Of a stretch of 64,000 nucleotides of DNA, positions 1 to 10,610 are shown piece after piece. The notes below the pieces were generated by a model that made no database searches, was not told the DNA's origin, and was given only the letters and a program-made list of their open reading frames with translations. Both the position numbers and the translations under genes were made by a program. Each line of letters opens with the position of its first letter. Positions within the stretch are counted from its first letter, which is position 1. The DNA is from an uncultured Planctomycetaceae bacterium (GTDB taxonomy: Bacteria; Planctomycetota; Planctomycetia; Isosphaerales; Isosphaeraceae). Where the stretch lies: assembly GCA_963833985.1 (NCBI GenBank), contig CAWIAD010000002.1, positions 4,992,001-5,056,000 of the forward strand. Reading direction: 5' to 3'.

Positions 1-25
1 CGCGCTGAGCGCAATCGCTTGCCGT

Positions 26-823
26 TCACTGGATCGGCGGGAAGTGGACGCCCATGGGGTGCACTCGCATCACAATCAGAGCCACCGGAATGGCGCAGGC
101 GATGGGCAAGATCAACGCCAGCAAGTAATGCCAGGCGCGCGGCCGGCCTGCTTCGGGCCGTTTCGGCAAGGCGCAGGCCGGCAGCCAGACCATCAGTCCG
201 TAGACCCAGACCCAGAAGCCGGCCATGGCGAGATTCTGGACGCCGAAGGTACCGGTCTCGGCGAGCGTACCGGTCAGGCCGAAGAGCAGGAAGACCTCGC
301 CAGGCTGGAAATCATGACGCGACAGCATCCACGCCCAGGCGGCGAACATGGGCACGAAGACGATCACGCTGTGCCCCAGGACGACATCGAGGTAGTTCGC
401 CGAGGCCGTGATATACGCCTCGCCCACAGCCGCGCCGAGAACGGGAGCGAGGTTCGTCATGGTGGTGGTGACGGCCTCCTCCAGCAGGGCCATGGCGGTC
501 GCGAAGCACACGAATGTGACCGGCCACGGCACAGGCAACCTGCGGACCAGCACGCCGGCTCGGTCGCGTACGAGATAAGACAGAGTGCCACCGATGACGA
601 TCCAGAACAGCGCCAGGCCGTCGGCCATCAGCATCAACGCGCGGTGCCGATGCACCTGCCAGTTGGCGATGGTTGCCAGCACCAGAACGGTCAGCCCCCA
701 GACGGCGAAGATCACGGCCAGACCGATCGTCAACCTCCGCCATCCACGTCCGCCTTTCGCCTCCCGGGGGAGCTCGCAGGTCTCCAACCCCACGGATGTC
801 CCGGCAACGTCCGATCCCGACAT
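26..823 (-). CDS. Hypothetical multi-pass membrane protein
   Basis: 265-aa ORF with about 7 hydrophobic segments; no family recognised. Confidence 0.75.
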   Translation of the reverse strand: MSGSDVAGTSVGLETCELPREAKGGRGWRRLTIGLAVIFAVWGLTVLVLATIANWQVHRHRALMLMADGLALFWIVIGGTLSYLVRDRAGVLVRRLPVPWPVTFVCFATAMALLEEAVTTTMTNLAPVLGAAVGEAYITASANYLDVVLGHSVIVFVPMFAAWAWMLSRHDFQPGEVFLLFGLTGTLAETGTFGVQNLAMAGFWVWVYGLMVWLPACALPKRPEAGRPRAWHYLLALILPIACAIPVALIVMRVHPMGVHFPPIQ

Positions 824-1236
824 GACTTACCCTCGCACAGGCGCACTGGGTCCTCACCGCAACGTCAAGGTGAGCGGCGCAACGCACCCAGTTTGATACC
901 TCCATGACCCGGCCCAGGTTTCGGAACCTCCGTCCAATCGGTACGTGGCCCCCAGGGGCACCGTGGAGCCGAGGCGTTACTGACAACACAGTTTGACAGA
1001 CGGCTTCCATGTCGACCTCCTTGACCACCGCCCGATTGCGAGCGGGAAGAAGCGGGTTGCGACCCCGGTCCGCTGGGCCGGCCAGAGAGAAGTCGCCAGT
1101 GGCCCAGCGCTCCGCTGCATCGGCGATCCGTGCTCGGTAGGTTAGAGTAGAGCCGGGATGTGCCATGGCCCGAGCAGACTCGTTGCTCGTAGGTCCAGCG
1201 AGTCGCGTGTTGGCCTCGTAGCTCGAGGAGATTGAC

Positions 1237-3752
1237 ATGCCAGTTTTTTCTCTTCTCACAGCCCTGGTGATGAGCGGATTGATCGGAACGGAAGATCCGC
1301 CACCGGCCTGGTCAACCCGCGCATCCCAGTGATGTCGCCAGGTCGCACGTCGAGGACATCAAGGCCGGGCCGCACCGTTACACCATCACCCAGGGCGGCA
1401 CGATGGATGGCCGGAACTGCCGCTCGCCCATGGGGTGCGGCATCGCACGCGAGGGGGCCCTGCTCCAGACCTGGGAGTCGAACCGGTCGGTGCGGATGGA
1501 GAATGTGGGCGAGACCGACGTGATCAACCCCTGGCTGTCGAACGGCCGCAACCACTTTCGCAACGCCGAGGAGATCGTTGCCTCGGCGCTGGTTCCCGGC
1601 ATGACCGAAGCGGAGAAGGCCTTCGCTCTCTGGTTCCAGGAGATCCAGTACCGCCATCATTCGCCCGGCGACAACAACGAGCTGCTCGACCCGGTGAAGG
1701 TGTTCAATATTTATGGCTATAACACCTGCGGGAACGATTCGATCAGCCTCGCCTCCCTCTGGCGGCAGGCCGGGCTCAAGGCGGCACCGGCGCGGGCGCT
1801 GGGGCACTGCATCTCGCAGGCATATCACGATGGCGGCTGGCACTTCTATGACGGCGACATGCACTCGGTCTATCTGCTGCGCGATAACGCCACGGTGGCC
1901 GGCGAGCAGGACCTTGTCCATGACCACGATCTGATCAAGCGCACGCATTCCAAGGGGATCCTCTTGCGCGACACCTGGTGGGACGGCCAGGGCATGTGCG
2001 CCATGTACTCTTACCAGGGAGCGGTCACCGGCCAGCGCGGGGGCAAGGTCGACACCACCATGAACATGGTCCTGCGTCCCGGCGAGGCCATCGAATGGCG
2101 CTGGGGGCATGGCGAACGGCTGAAACACCATGGCGCCCTTTACACCATGCCCGCCTATCCGGAGCTGATTGACAACGGATCATGGGAATACCGCCCCGAC
2201 CTGTCGCGTGAATCATGGCGCCCGGGCGCGGCGACGGTGGAGAACATTCGCTCCGGCGACGATGGGCTCTCCGCGGCGGACGGACGGCGGGGCCAGATCG
2301 TCTGGAACATGAAGAGCCCCTACGTCTTCGTCGGCGGACGGATCGAGGCGGAGGGAGCAGGCGCCCGGTTCTTCATCTCCGTCGACGGCAAGAGCTGGCA
2401 AGCGGTGAAGGACGGCAGCCTCGACAGGGCCTTCCCCGAAGTTGGCCCAGCGCGGTACGCGTACCAGCTCAAGTGTCTGCTGGAGGGCCCCGCCCGGCTG
2501 CGCCGGCTGGCGATTTTCAATGACGTGCAGATGGCGCCGCTGGCTCTGCCCGAGATGACCGTCGGCACCAATGCGTTCACCTACACCGATGAATCGACCG
2601 GCGAGCGGAAGGTCCGCATCACGCACCGCTGGGTCGAGCGCTCGGCCACTCGGCCCCCGCTGGCACCAGCGCGGCCCGTTTTTCCGGAGGATGCCGGGGA
2701 AGCCGACGGGACGGACGTCGTCTTTCGCTGGACTCCGGCCATCGATCCGGACGGTGACGCGATCGCCGATTACCAGTTCGAGCTCTCCAGCCGCCCGGAC
2801 ATGGCCTTCCCGCTCTCCATGTGCTTCTACAAGCTCATCTCGCGCACCGGCGACGTGACCAGGGAGAACGTTCCCGAGGCCCGCTACACGCTGCTTCAGC
2901 CCGGTCTGCTCTCGCCGGATCGGCGCTACTCCTGGCACGTGCGGGCCAGGGACCGCAACGGCGTGTGGGGACCCTGGAGCAAGACGTGGAGCTTCACCCC
3001 GCGGGCCCGCTCATCCGCTCGATCTGACCGTGGCGTATGACCAGGCCGCCGGCTCGGGCACCCTGCGCTGGAAGCCCAACCCGGTCGGCCGCCGGCCCGT
3101 CAGGTACCGCGTTTACGGCAGCGATGAGAAGGGCTTCACCATCGCCGACCAGCCTTTCCAGGGGACGGTTGGCGTCACGAAGGACGAGATGGCGTCCTGG
3201 AACCCCTGGTTCCCGGCGAACTTCATCGCCGAGACGACGGCCACGGAGCTGAAGGTGCTCGGACGCGACGTCACCTTGCCCGCAGCCAACAAGGCGTTCT
3301 ATCGCGTGGTCGCGGTGGATGAGCACGGCAAGCGAAGCGGACCCTCCGATTACGCCTCTGCGCCGCGGCCCATCATCTACAGCCGCCCCGTCGAGACGGC
3401 CAGGCCTGGTGCGCCCTACCGCTACCAGGTCGCCGCCACGCGCTCGCTGGGCGACCTGAGTGCGCGGATGAAGGGGAATGACCAGGTGAGCGGCTACTTC
3501 GACGTCGAGCGGCCACGGTTCACGCTGGAGCGTGCGCCGGGCTGGCTGAAGGTCGACGAGGCGACCGGCCTGCTTTCCGGGACCCCGGATGCCGCAGGAA
3601 ATGACGCGGTGGTGGTCGGCGTCACTCTCGAACACGACCAGCGCACACTCGACCCGACGGCACTCGTCTGGGGCGTGGAAAAGGTGCTCTCCACGGCCAC
3701 CATGAAGACCGGAACCGCGCGCCAGCGGTTCGTGATCGACGTGCGGCCGTGA
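1237..3752 (+). CDS. Secreted transglutaminase-like (Cys-His-Asp) protein with FN3/Ig-like C-terminal domains; two apparent frameshifts (~1310, ~3005)
   Basis: RBS GAGGAG before ATG 1237 gives signal-like MPVFSLLTALVMSGLIG. It joins ORF 1403-3040 (YNTCGNDS...GHCISQAYHDGGWHFYD; WHVRARDRNGVWGPWS) and ORF 3030-3752 (YRVVAVDEHG; APGWLKVDEATGLLSGTP, putative Ig). Confidence 0.7.
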
Positions 3753-3797
3753 GCCGGGGCATACGGTGCCGGCCGCGGCGCGATCCACAGGCCGGCA

Positions 3798-4691
3798 TCA
3801 GGGCGCCGCTTGCAGAGTGCCCACGCGCGAGGCGTACCGGCCTCCGCTCTCGCGGGCGATGCGCACCAGGTGATCGCCGGCCTGGCCGCCGGTCATGTCG
3901 ATGCAGTGGATGGGCACCTTGCGCGGGTTCAACTTTGCCACGCGTTCCACGGTGCGTTCGGGGAACTCGCCATCGGAGAGCAGGAACACGGCGTCGGGCT
4001 GAAGCGCCAGTGCCTGGGTGATGGCGGGCCGCGGGTCGGTGCCGCCGTCCGGGCCAATCACGTGCAGCCACGACGTGAGCTGGTTCTTGCTCTTCAGGTC
4101 GGCCGGGCGAGGCTGAGGTCCTCCGGGCATCGGCGTGGCTTCCTCGTTATAGAAAATGACCTCGAACCGCTGGGGCGGCTGAAGGCTGTAAACAGTGCGT
4201 AGCAGCTCGATCTTGGCACGGGTGAGGCGGTCGTCGTCGATCATGCTGCCCGACTGGTCCACCACGAAGACGAAGAACTGGCCGCGGGCGCGGACGCCGA
4301 AGAACGAAGTCTGCCGCCAGGTGGGAATCTCGCTCCAGTCGGTCTCTTCCAGGTTGTACCGGTCCTGCACCGAGCCCCCCGCGCCCGTGGCCGGCATCAG
4401 GAATGGCGAGCGCGGGCGCTTCGCGTCGGCCGCGGCCTTCGACATCACCCTGGGCGGAAGGTCATCAGCGAGACGCGCCGATGGGCGAGTCTTCCCCGCG
4501 TGCTTCTCGCCTGGCGCGGCCGGCCTTGTTCGTTTCGCGGCATTCCTGGCCTTGACGCTGGTGGTCTCCGGCGGAGTTGTGGGGGCCGGCTGATCCTGGG
4601 CATTCGAAGGGATGGAATCGCAGAGACCGACACCGAGCGCAAGGGCGATCGCGATCGCCCGGAAGGTGGACCGGAATCCGCAAACGTCCAT
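3798..4691 (-). CDS. Exported vWA-domain protein
   Basis: Signal-like N-terminus; MIDAS motif VVDQSGSM, GGT, FLLSDG. Confidence 0.85.
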   Translation of the reverse strand: MDVCGFRSTFRAIAIALALGVGLCDSIPSNAQDQPAPTTPPETTSVKARNAAKRTRPAAPGEKHAGKTRPSARLADDLPPRVMSKAAADAKRPRSPFLMPATGAGGSVQDRYNLEETDWSEIPTWRQTSFFGVRARGQFFVFVVDQSGSMIDDDRLTRAKIELLRTVYSLQPPQRFEVIFYNEEATPMPGGPQPRPADLKSKNQLTSWLHVIGPDGGTDPRPAITQALALQPDAVFLLSDGEFPERTVERVAKLNPRKVPIHCIDMTGGQAGDHLVRIARESGGRYASRVGTLQAAP

Positions 4692-4902
4692 GGATCTGCG
4701 CTCCTGCTCGGTCCCGGGGTACCATTCCCCGGAACAGGTCGAGCTGCCTTCACCAGGCTACCGAAAAGGGTGAATCGAAGCACGGCCACGTTCCGGGTTT
4801 TCTCCGTCCCGATCCGTTCCCTCGGGACCGGGAGAATGTTCCCTTCTGCGTTTTTCCGCTCCATGGTTCTCCATGGCCTGCTCAGCTCGCAAGGTCGCAC
4901 TG

Positions 4903-6390
4903 TCACGCGACGAACTCCCAGTTCACGTAAGTGCCGAGCAGGACAAACTGGGCAAACAGGCAGCCACTCACGGTGATTGCGAAGAGAGATCGATTCGAAG
5001 CGATCTCGGCGGCGTCCAGGAAGCCGGGGAAGGCAGATAGAACAACCCTGATCATGCTCAGATGCGTTCCAGAGGCAAGGACCTGGAGCACGGGAACCAC
5101 CACCAGGCAACCCCAGAGAGGTCCTCTGACCCAGAAGGCGTGGAGTCCGAGGCCCAGGAAAAAGACTGTGGCCAAAAGGTTCTTGCCGTAGATGACGCTC
5201 TCCACTGCGGGAAGAAGATCCTCAAACGACTCCGCCGCGCAAAGCACGACAAAGCCAATGCCAGCGAGCAGCATTGCCCAGCAAGCGGTACTCCAGGCGG
5301 GATGTCTGTTTGGAATGAGCTTCAGACCATCCCTTGCCGGGCGCGCGGCACGCCGACGCAACAACGGCCCCGCCAGCCGAAGGAAGGCCAAACCTAATGG
5401 CTTCTGGCACAGCCAGGTGAGGAGCAGCACGAGCACAAGAGCGAAGCTCGACGACCTCTTGACCATGAATGCCGACAATTGGACCGTCGACCAGATCGTT
5501 CTCAGAAGCTGCGCGGCACTGGGTGACTTGCGCTGCCAGGCGCCGTGGGCCTTGAAGTGGAGGAACGGATCGCGAAACCGGAGCGCGAGGTAGCCAAAGA
5601 AGATGGCAGTACCGAGAGCCCCCGCGCTTGCGACGAACCACGCCGCATTGCGGGCAGTCCGTCCCCGGATCACGTTGAGCATCCATTCCAGCACTAGGCC
5701 GACGGACATCGACAATGCGGTGAGTCGCGCGGTCGCCGCCGTCGCCAGCGACGCCGCTGCCACCGCGGGATGATAGCTCTGCCAGGCCAGGAGTGCACCG
5801 GCCGTGAACATCAGCCCCAGCGACTCCTGATACGGGGCCGAGAAGTAGAAGGAGCTGGGAAATGCGGCCAGCAAGATACAGGCACGCCACGTCGTCGCCG
5901 CGCTCTGGGTCATGCCTCGTACAACGCGGCCAAAGAAAACCAGTCCAGCAACGAACGCGAGATTCGGGATGAGCAGGCCCAACCAGTACCGATCGAGTCC
6001 CAGTGTCGTGCCGGTCTTGATGAGCAATGGCAAAAGCGGCATGAAGGCCACGCTGCTCTGGGCGCCGGGGCGGTAGGAATAGCCGCGCTGGCCGATGTCC
6101 AGGTACCACATCGCGTCCCACCGGTACCAAGGCATGATCAAGCGTCGACTTCCGACCGAAAGCGCCGCAAGATGTCGTTCGTTGATCCGGTCATTCGTCC
6201 GGGAGTCGACCACCATCCTCGAGAACGAGTCCTCAGGCATGGCAAGGAGACAACCGAAAAGAACGACGACCAGACGGGTGGCAAGACCAAAACCGGCCAG
6301 CGCAAGCCATGTGGGTTGAAGCCCGGATGCGGTGCTGTGAACGGGGCAAGTCACATCTGGGATCACATCGCTCTTATTATCGCAACTCAT
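4903..6390 (-). CDS. Membrane mannosyltransferase-like glycosyltransferase (PIG-V/GT-C type)
   Basis: WYRWDAMWYLDIGQRGY...AFMPLLPLL and FPSSFYFSAPYQESL motifs; many TM segments. Start uncertain (6390 chosen; ORF open to 6630). Confidence 0.75.
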   Translation of the reverse strand: MSCDNKSDVIPDVTCPVHSTASGLQPTWLALAGFGLATRLVVVLFGCLLAMPEDSFSRMVVDSRTNDRINERHLAALSVGSRRLIMPWYRWDAMWYLDIGQRGYSYRPGAQSSVAFMPLLPLLIKTGTTLGLDRYWLGLLIPNLAFVAGLVFFGRVVRGMTQSAATTWRACILLAAFPSSFYFSAPYQESLGLMFTAGALLAWQSYHPAVAAASLATAATARLTALSMSVGLVLEWMLNVIRGRTARNAAWFVASAGALGTAIFFGYLALRFRDPFLHFKAHGAWQRKSPSAAQLLRTIWSTVQLSAFMVKRSSSFALVLVLLLTWLCQKPLGLAFLRLAGPLLRRRAARPARDGLKLIPNRHPAWSTACWAMLLAGIGFVVLCAAESFEDLLPAVESVIYGKNLLATVFFLGLGLHAFWVRGPLWGCLVVVPVLQVLASGTHLSMIRVVLSAFPGFLDAAEIASNRSLFAITVSGCLFAQFVLLGTYVNWEFVA

Positions 6391-6720
6391 TGTTCTGTAA
6401 CGGTTAACGAACTGACGTGCTGACCTGGAAGGTGTGCGCCAGCAGCAGCTTGTTTTTCCAGCAAGTCCCAACGCACTCAAGTAGTCTAGAACCCGAATGT
6501 CCATGCACGACGGGGCTGCAATGACGGCAAGCTGGTGACACAAATCAACGCAATTCTGACGAGCGGGGATCCTGGTGATGAGCGGTCGGAAGTCCATCCC
6601 CGACGACGCACCGTCAGAATGCCGCAGCACGGAGCTCAGCGGGCGTGATCTCTCGCTCGAGGTCCACGGTCCCCATCTGACCGCCCCGTTCCGGAGCGAC
6701 CGTCCGGGACGTGACTGCGC

Positions 6721-9700
6721 TCACTTCCTCTTCCAGAAACTCTTCCGGGGACCAGTTTCCTTGGCGAGGAACTGGCGCAGGGCCTGGGCCAGCGCGCCGG
6801 GTGTCGCATGGCGATCTTCGGGCTTCCGCGCCATGGCCTTGAGGCAAATCGCTTCGAGTTCTTTGGGAATGGAACGGTTCATGGTCCGGGGTGGTCGGGG
6901 CGCGTCCTTCATGATGCGCTGCAATACCGTCGGCCCGCCCCCAGCAAACGGCAGTGTTCCGGTCAGCAACCTGTACAGCACGATCCCCAGGCTGTACACC
7001 AGGCATCGAGGGTCTCCCCACAAGGCCTGTCCGCCGATCAGCTCAGGGGGCAGCGACGCGGGATTGCCGTACGCGAAATCGAGTTCGGTGCTGCGGAGCC
7101 ACTGCATTGGGCCTCCCAGAACGGCCCTTCCATCCGGGCCGATCTCGACCTCGGTCCAGAGCAGGTCGTGACGACGGAACCCTTGCTCGAAAGCATACTG
7201 GACGGCCTCAGCAATCTCGGCAACCCACCGTGCCGATTCTTCCGGGGCCGGCGGCCGATCCGGCAGAACGCGGTACCTTCCGTCACCTGCACGATCGGAC
7301 GGAGTCACCAGGAAGAGCCCGTCGCGCCATCGGCCGGCGTCGCTGGGTATGACCAGCGAGGGATGGCTCAATGCCATCAGCTTGCGGGCCTCCCCGACCA
7401 GCAGTTCGACCCGATTGGCAGCAACTGTGACCAGCCTGATGCAGACCTTACGCTGAAGGTCGCGATCAAAGGCTCCAAATACCATCCCCTGTCCGCCCCG
7501 GTCAACTTGCTCACGAAGCTCGTACCGCGCCGGGAGACCGGTCGGCTCACTGGCCATACAGAGCGTCTCGGGCTCGTCCGTGCTCGGTGGCGGCGGAGGC
7601 GGAGGAGCGGCTGCTCGCCGGGTCGTAATCGCGTGACGGATGGCCTTGCTGCGTCGGCCACCGGCCGCAAGGCTCGGCGGATCGGCCGTCAGCCTCATAA
7701 GTGCCAAGCCAGAATCCATGGTGGCAAGATCGTCCAGGCTCGCGCAGCCCTGCATCAGGCTGCTGTCAAGGGCGGTCAGATAGGCATGTTGAGCCCCATC
7801 CCACCCCTGCGGCATCTCCACCGGCTGAGTGATCCGGTGCACCTTCCCGCCCCGGTTGGCGATCTCGGAACGATCGATGGCGACGTAAGCCGTGAACCGG
7901 CTGAGGACCTGGTAGCGCAGCGACACGGCCAGGATGTGGCGTTCCAGCGCCTCCAGATCAGAGTTTCCCACGACGTAGTGGTCTTCCAGCCGGCGGATCT
8001 GGCCTCTGGCCCAGGCCGTGGCGATGGCCGGGTTGTCACGCCATCGGGCGTCCAGCGACTGACACCATTCCTGCCCCTGCATGTCGCGTGACTTCACGAG
8101 CATCCTGCCCGCGGGTTGTCCCTGGTAGCGGCCCAGCACCAGCACCGGAGCGCCTGGGAACAGGTCGGGAAGACGTTCAGGGACCAGCGAGTCGGGCTCG
8201 ATGGCGAACCCTTCTGGCTCCAGGGCCAGGTCGGTGAGCAGGGGCGTGGCGATCTGGCGATGCATCGAAACCATGACCGCGTCGAGCCGGTCTTCCGATT
8301 CAACCAGTTCGCACCGGCCATGGCCGAGGTCGGCCAGGCGTGCCAGAAATGCCGCGTTCACCGCCCGGTCGATCCCCAGCGCGAAGACGCGGATACCCGC
8401 CAGCGCGGGTGCCAGGGCTTCGAGGATCTGGTCCTCATTTCCAACCTGGCCGTCGGTCACCAGGACAATAATGGCGTCCCGCGTGTTGCTGGTTTGCGCC
8501 GGCTTCTTCCAGTGCGCGCGGTCTGGGCCGCTCAGACACTCCGCCGCCATCCGGAGTGGTGCTGCCATCTCGGTGCCGCCCCGGGCCTCCATTTTCGTCA
8601 GGAAGCCAAGCGCAGTGAATCGGTTCCGGTCAGATGCGGCGACAAGCTCCTGGCTCAGTCCCGGCGGAGTCTCGACGGAATTGTCAAACGCGAGCACGGC
8701 AAACCGGTCCCTCGCGCCCAGCGTGTCAATCATACGCCCCAGCGCCCTGCGGGCCGCCACGATCTTCCAGCCGCTCATGCTCCCGGAGCGGTCGAGCACG
8801 AAAACGACGTCGCGCGGGCGGCGGGCCGTCTCATCGTCATTGTCATCGCTCGGAGGAATCAGCGTCAGCACGAATGTCCCGGACTGGCCCCCGCTCTCGC
8901 TGTCGGGGTGGACCGTGAAGCTTGACTGGATCGGGTTTTCGGGATCGCGGCCAGCCAGCCGGAATCGGAGGATGAAATCGCGATCCAGGCGTTCGCCTGG
9001 CTGAAGCTGGATGCGCCTGTAGCCGTCGTTCGCTTCGGCCACCACCGCGTGCAGGCTTGACCGGACGCCATCGCGGGCCACGCAGCCGTGGTCCTCGTGC
9101 AGGTCGATCGCCAGCGAAAGGCGAACCGGGTGAGGAAAGCCCGGCAAGATCACCGGAGGCGAGATACGCGACGCGTCGGGTACCGCGTCGGTGTCCACGC
9201 TCGTACCATCGCCGACGGATGGCCCCGGCAGCGGCGTGCCCGGAATGTACCGGGGCGCCACCACGAGCGGAAAGCGGAATGTCACCTCGCCTTCGGCGTA
9301 GGGTAACACGCCGGTCATCTCGAAATGGACGGTGGCCGCCTCACCGGGGAGGATGTTGCCAACCCGCAGCGAGAACACGCCGGGACGCTCCTCCTCCGCG
9401 ATGGCCGCGCGCTGCCCGGCCACCAGCGCCTGCTGATAGCTTTGCCTGGCCTGCGCCCGTTCCTCGAGCGTCCCCTCGACCGTTCGCCCGCCAACTTCCA
9501 TCCGGAACGCATGAACCCCGGCACGGTCGGGCAGCGGGAAGATGTAGGTCGCCTCGACCGGCTCATCAAACGGGTTGACGAAGGTCTGGCGTACCGTCAC
9601 CTGCGACAGCAGGCCGTCGATCCGCCCCTGAATATCCATCGCCCTCAAAGGGAGGTTTCCCCGGGCGGTGCCCAGCGCACCGAAGCCCGCCTCCTCGTCG

Positions 9701-9756
9701 CACATCGTCCGGGGTTGCTCGCTTTCACTCATCTGCGGAAGCGGAATGGGCATCAC
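6721..9756 (-). CDS. VIT + vWA domain protein with C-terminal degenerate Ser/Thr-kinase-like domain
   Basis: VIT (QTFVNPFDEPVEATYIFPLP), vWA (FVLDRSGSM, GGTE, LVTDG), Pro linker, then kinase-like region (RGGQGMVFGAFDRDLQRKVCI...YSLGIVLYRLLTGTLPF...LEAICLKAMARKPEDR). Confidence 0.9.
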   Translation of the reverse strand: MMPIPLPQMSESEQPRTMCDEEAGFGALGTARGNLPLRAMDIQGRIDGLLSQVTVRQTFVNPFDEPVEATYIFPLPDRAGVHAFRMEVGGRTVEGTLEERAQARQSYQQALVAGQRAAIAEEERPGVFSLRVGNILPGEAATVHFEMTGVLPYAEGEVTFRFPLVVAPRYIPGTPLPGPSVGDGTSVDTDAVPDASRISPPVILPGFPHPVRLSLAIDLHEDHGCVARDGVRSSLHAVVAEANDGYRRIQLQPGERLDRDFILRFRLAGRDPENPIQSSFTVHPDSESGGQSGTFVLTLIPPSDDNDDETARRPRDVVFVLDRSGSMSGWKIVAARRALGRMIDTLGARDRFAVLAFDNSVETPPGLSQELVAASDRNRFTALGFLTKMEARGGTEMAAPLRMAAECLSGPDRAHWKKPAQTSNTRDAIIVLVTDGQVGNEDQILEALAPALAGIRVFALGIDRAVNAAFLARLADLGHGRCELVESEDRLDAVMVSMHRQIATPLLTDLALEPEGFAIEPDSLVPERLPDLFPGAPVLVLGRYQGQPAGRMLVKSRDMQGQEWCQSLDARWRDNPAIATAWARGQIRRLEDHYVVGNSDLEALERHILAVSLRYQVLSRFTAYVAIDRSEIANRGGKVHRITQPVEMPQGWDGAQHAYLTALDSSLMQGCASLDDLATMDSGLALMRLTADPPSLAAGGRRSKAIRHAITTRRAAAPPPPPPPSTDEPETLCMASEPTGLPARYELREQVDRGGQGMVFGAFDRDLQRKVCIRLVTVAANRVELLVGEARKLMALSHPSLVIPSDAGRWRDGLFLVTPSDRAGDGRYRVLPDRPPAPEESARWVAEIAEAVQYAFEQGFRRHDLLWTEVEIGPDGRAVLGGPMQWLRSTELDFAYGNPASLPPELIGGQALWGDPRCLVYSLGIVLYRLLTGTLPFAGGGPTVLQRIMKDAPRPPRTMNRSIPKELEAICLKAMARKPEDRHATPGALAQALRQFLAKETGPRKSFWKRK

Positions 9757-9807
9757 CTTCCCCTTTCAGGGGTGATTGAATCATCTGATGCTGGGCGAGG
9801 TAACGAA

Positions 9808-10428
9808 TCAAGGGTGCAGCCGCCTGGCGTAGCGCGGGAGCTCTTGCCGATCGATGGAGCGCGCCGGGTCCAGCAGCAGGAAGACCCGGTCTGCCAGAGC
9901 GATGGCCTGAAACGACGCCATCTCTTCGAACGCGTGACCTCCCCTTGACCTTTCCGCATCGAGGGGCGGCTGCTCGCCGGACTGGTCGAAGCTTGCGGGC
10001 TGAGCCGATGCGGGCGCCGGGCGTGATTTCCAGAAGGGACGTTGACCGTCCGCGGATTCGTTGCGCGGCGAGCCAGTCGGAATCAGGTCGGGCTCGGGCA
10101 CATGGGGCCAACCCGCGAGCTGCCTGAGCGTTGCGTCGGTGGCACCGGCGAGCCGCTGCTGCACCTGCACGAGGCTCAGCCCGTTTGCCTGAAGCTTCTT
10201 GATGGCCAAAAGTTGCAGCAGATGCCGCTGCCCGTAAAGAGCCGTCCTGCCGCGGAAATCGCACGGCCGGTCCAGTAATCCCGCCGTCGTGTAGTAACGC
10301 ACAGTCCGCAGGTTGGGAATGTCTCGCACCTGGCCGTTGGGAGACCCTTCGTAACCGACCGCCAGCCCCTGCTCGACTGCGGCGCACAGCTCCTGAATCG
10401 TCCAGAGTCTGAGCGACTCGTCTTTCAT
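9808..10428 (-). CDS. MerR-family HTH transcriptional regulator (leaderless ATG at 10428; probable frameshift ~9835, in which case the true stop is 9725)
   Basis: WTIQELC...RTVRYYTTAGLLDRP...YGQRHLLQLLAIKKLQANGLSL; the alternative frame continues with helical ALRQAAAPLIRYLAQH. Confidence 0.85.
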   Translation of the reverse strand: MKDESLRLWTIQELCAAVEQGLAVGYEGSPNGQVRDIPNLRTVRYYTTAGLLDRPCDFRGRTALYGQRHLLQLLAIKKLQANGLSLVQVQQRLAGATDATLRQLAGWPHVPEPDLIPTGSPRNESADGQRPFWKSRPAPASAQPASFDQSGEQPPLDAERSRGGHAFEEMASFQAIALADRVFLLLDPARSIDRQELPRYARRLHP

Positions 10429-10464
10429 GACAGTGTTATATCCAGCCAGATGTAACACTGTCAA
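10428..10464 (-). promoter_or_regulatory. sigma70 promoter (TTGACA-18bp-TATAAC) overlapped by a 15-bp inverted-repeat operator
   Basis: + strand TGACAGTGTTATATC-cagcca-GATGTAACACTGTCA (14/15 dyad); -35 at 10464-10459, -10 at 10440-10435, ATG 6 nt downstream of the -10. Confidence 0.85.
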
Positions 10465-10610
10465 ATACAAACTTCAAGGATTTCCTCCCGGCAGCAAGAT
10501 TGCCTGACTGTCCGCGTGCACGGGCGGACGGGATGCCCCGGGCCGGCGCAGGAGAGTGGCTGGTGGTTCAGCGCGCCTCGGACGCCACCTGGTGCGTGCC
10601 GATCGGATCC

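Noticed and set aside
312..1259. Minus-strand ORF with a strong RBS (AAGGAGG) before ATG 1010
   Set aside because: Overlaps the membrane gene out of frame and its translation is unrecognisable; a small gene cannot be excluded but is unsupported.
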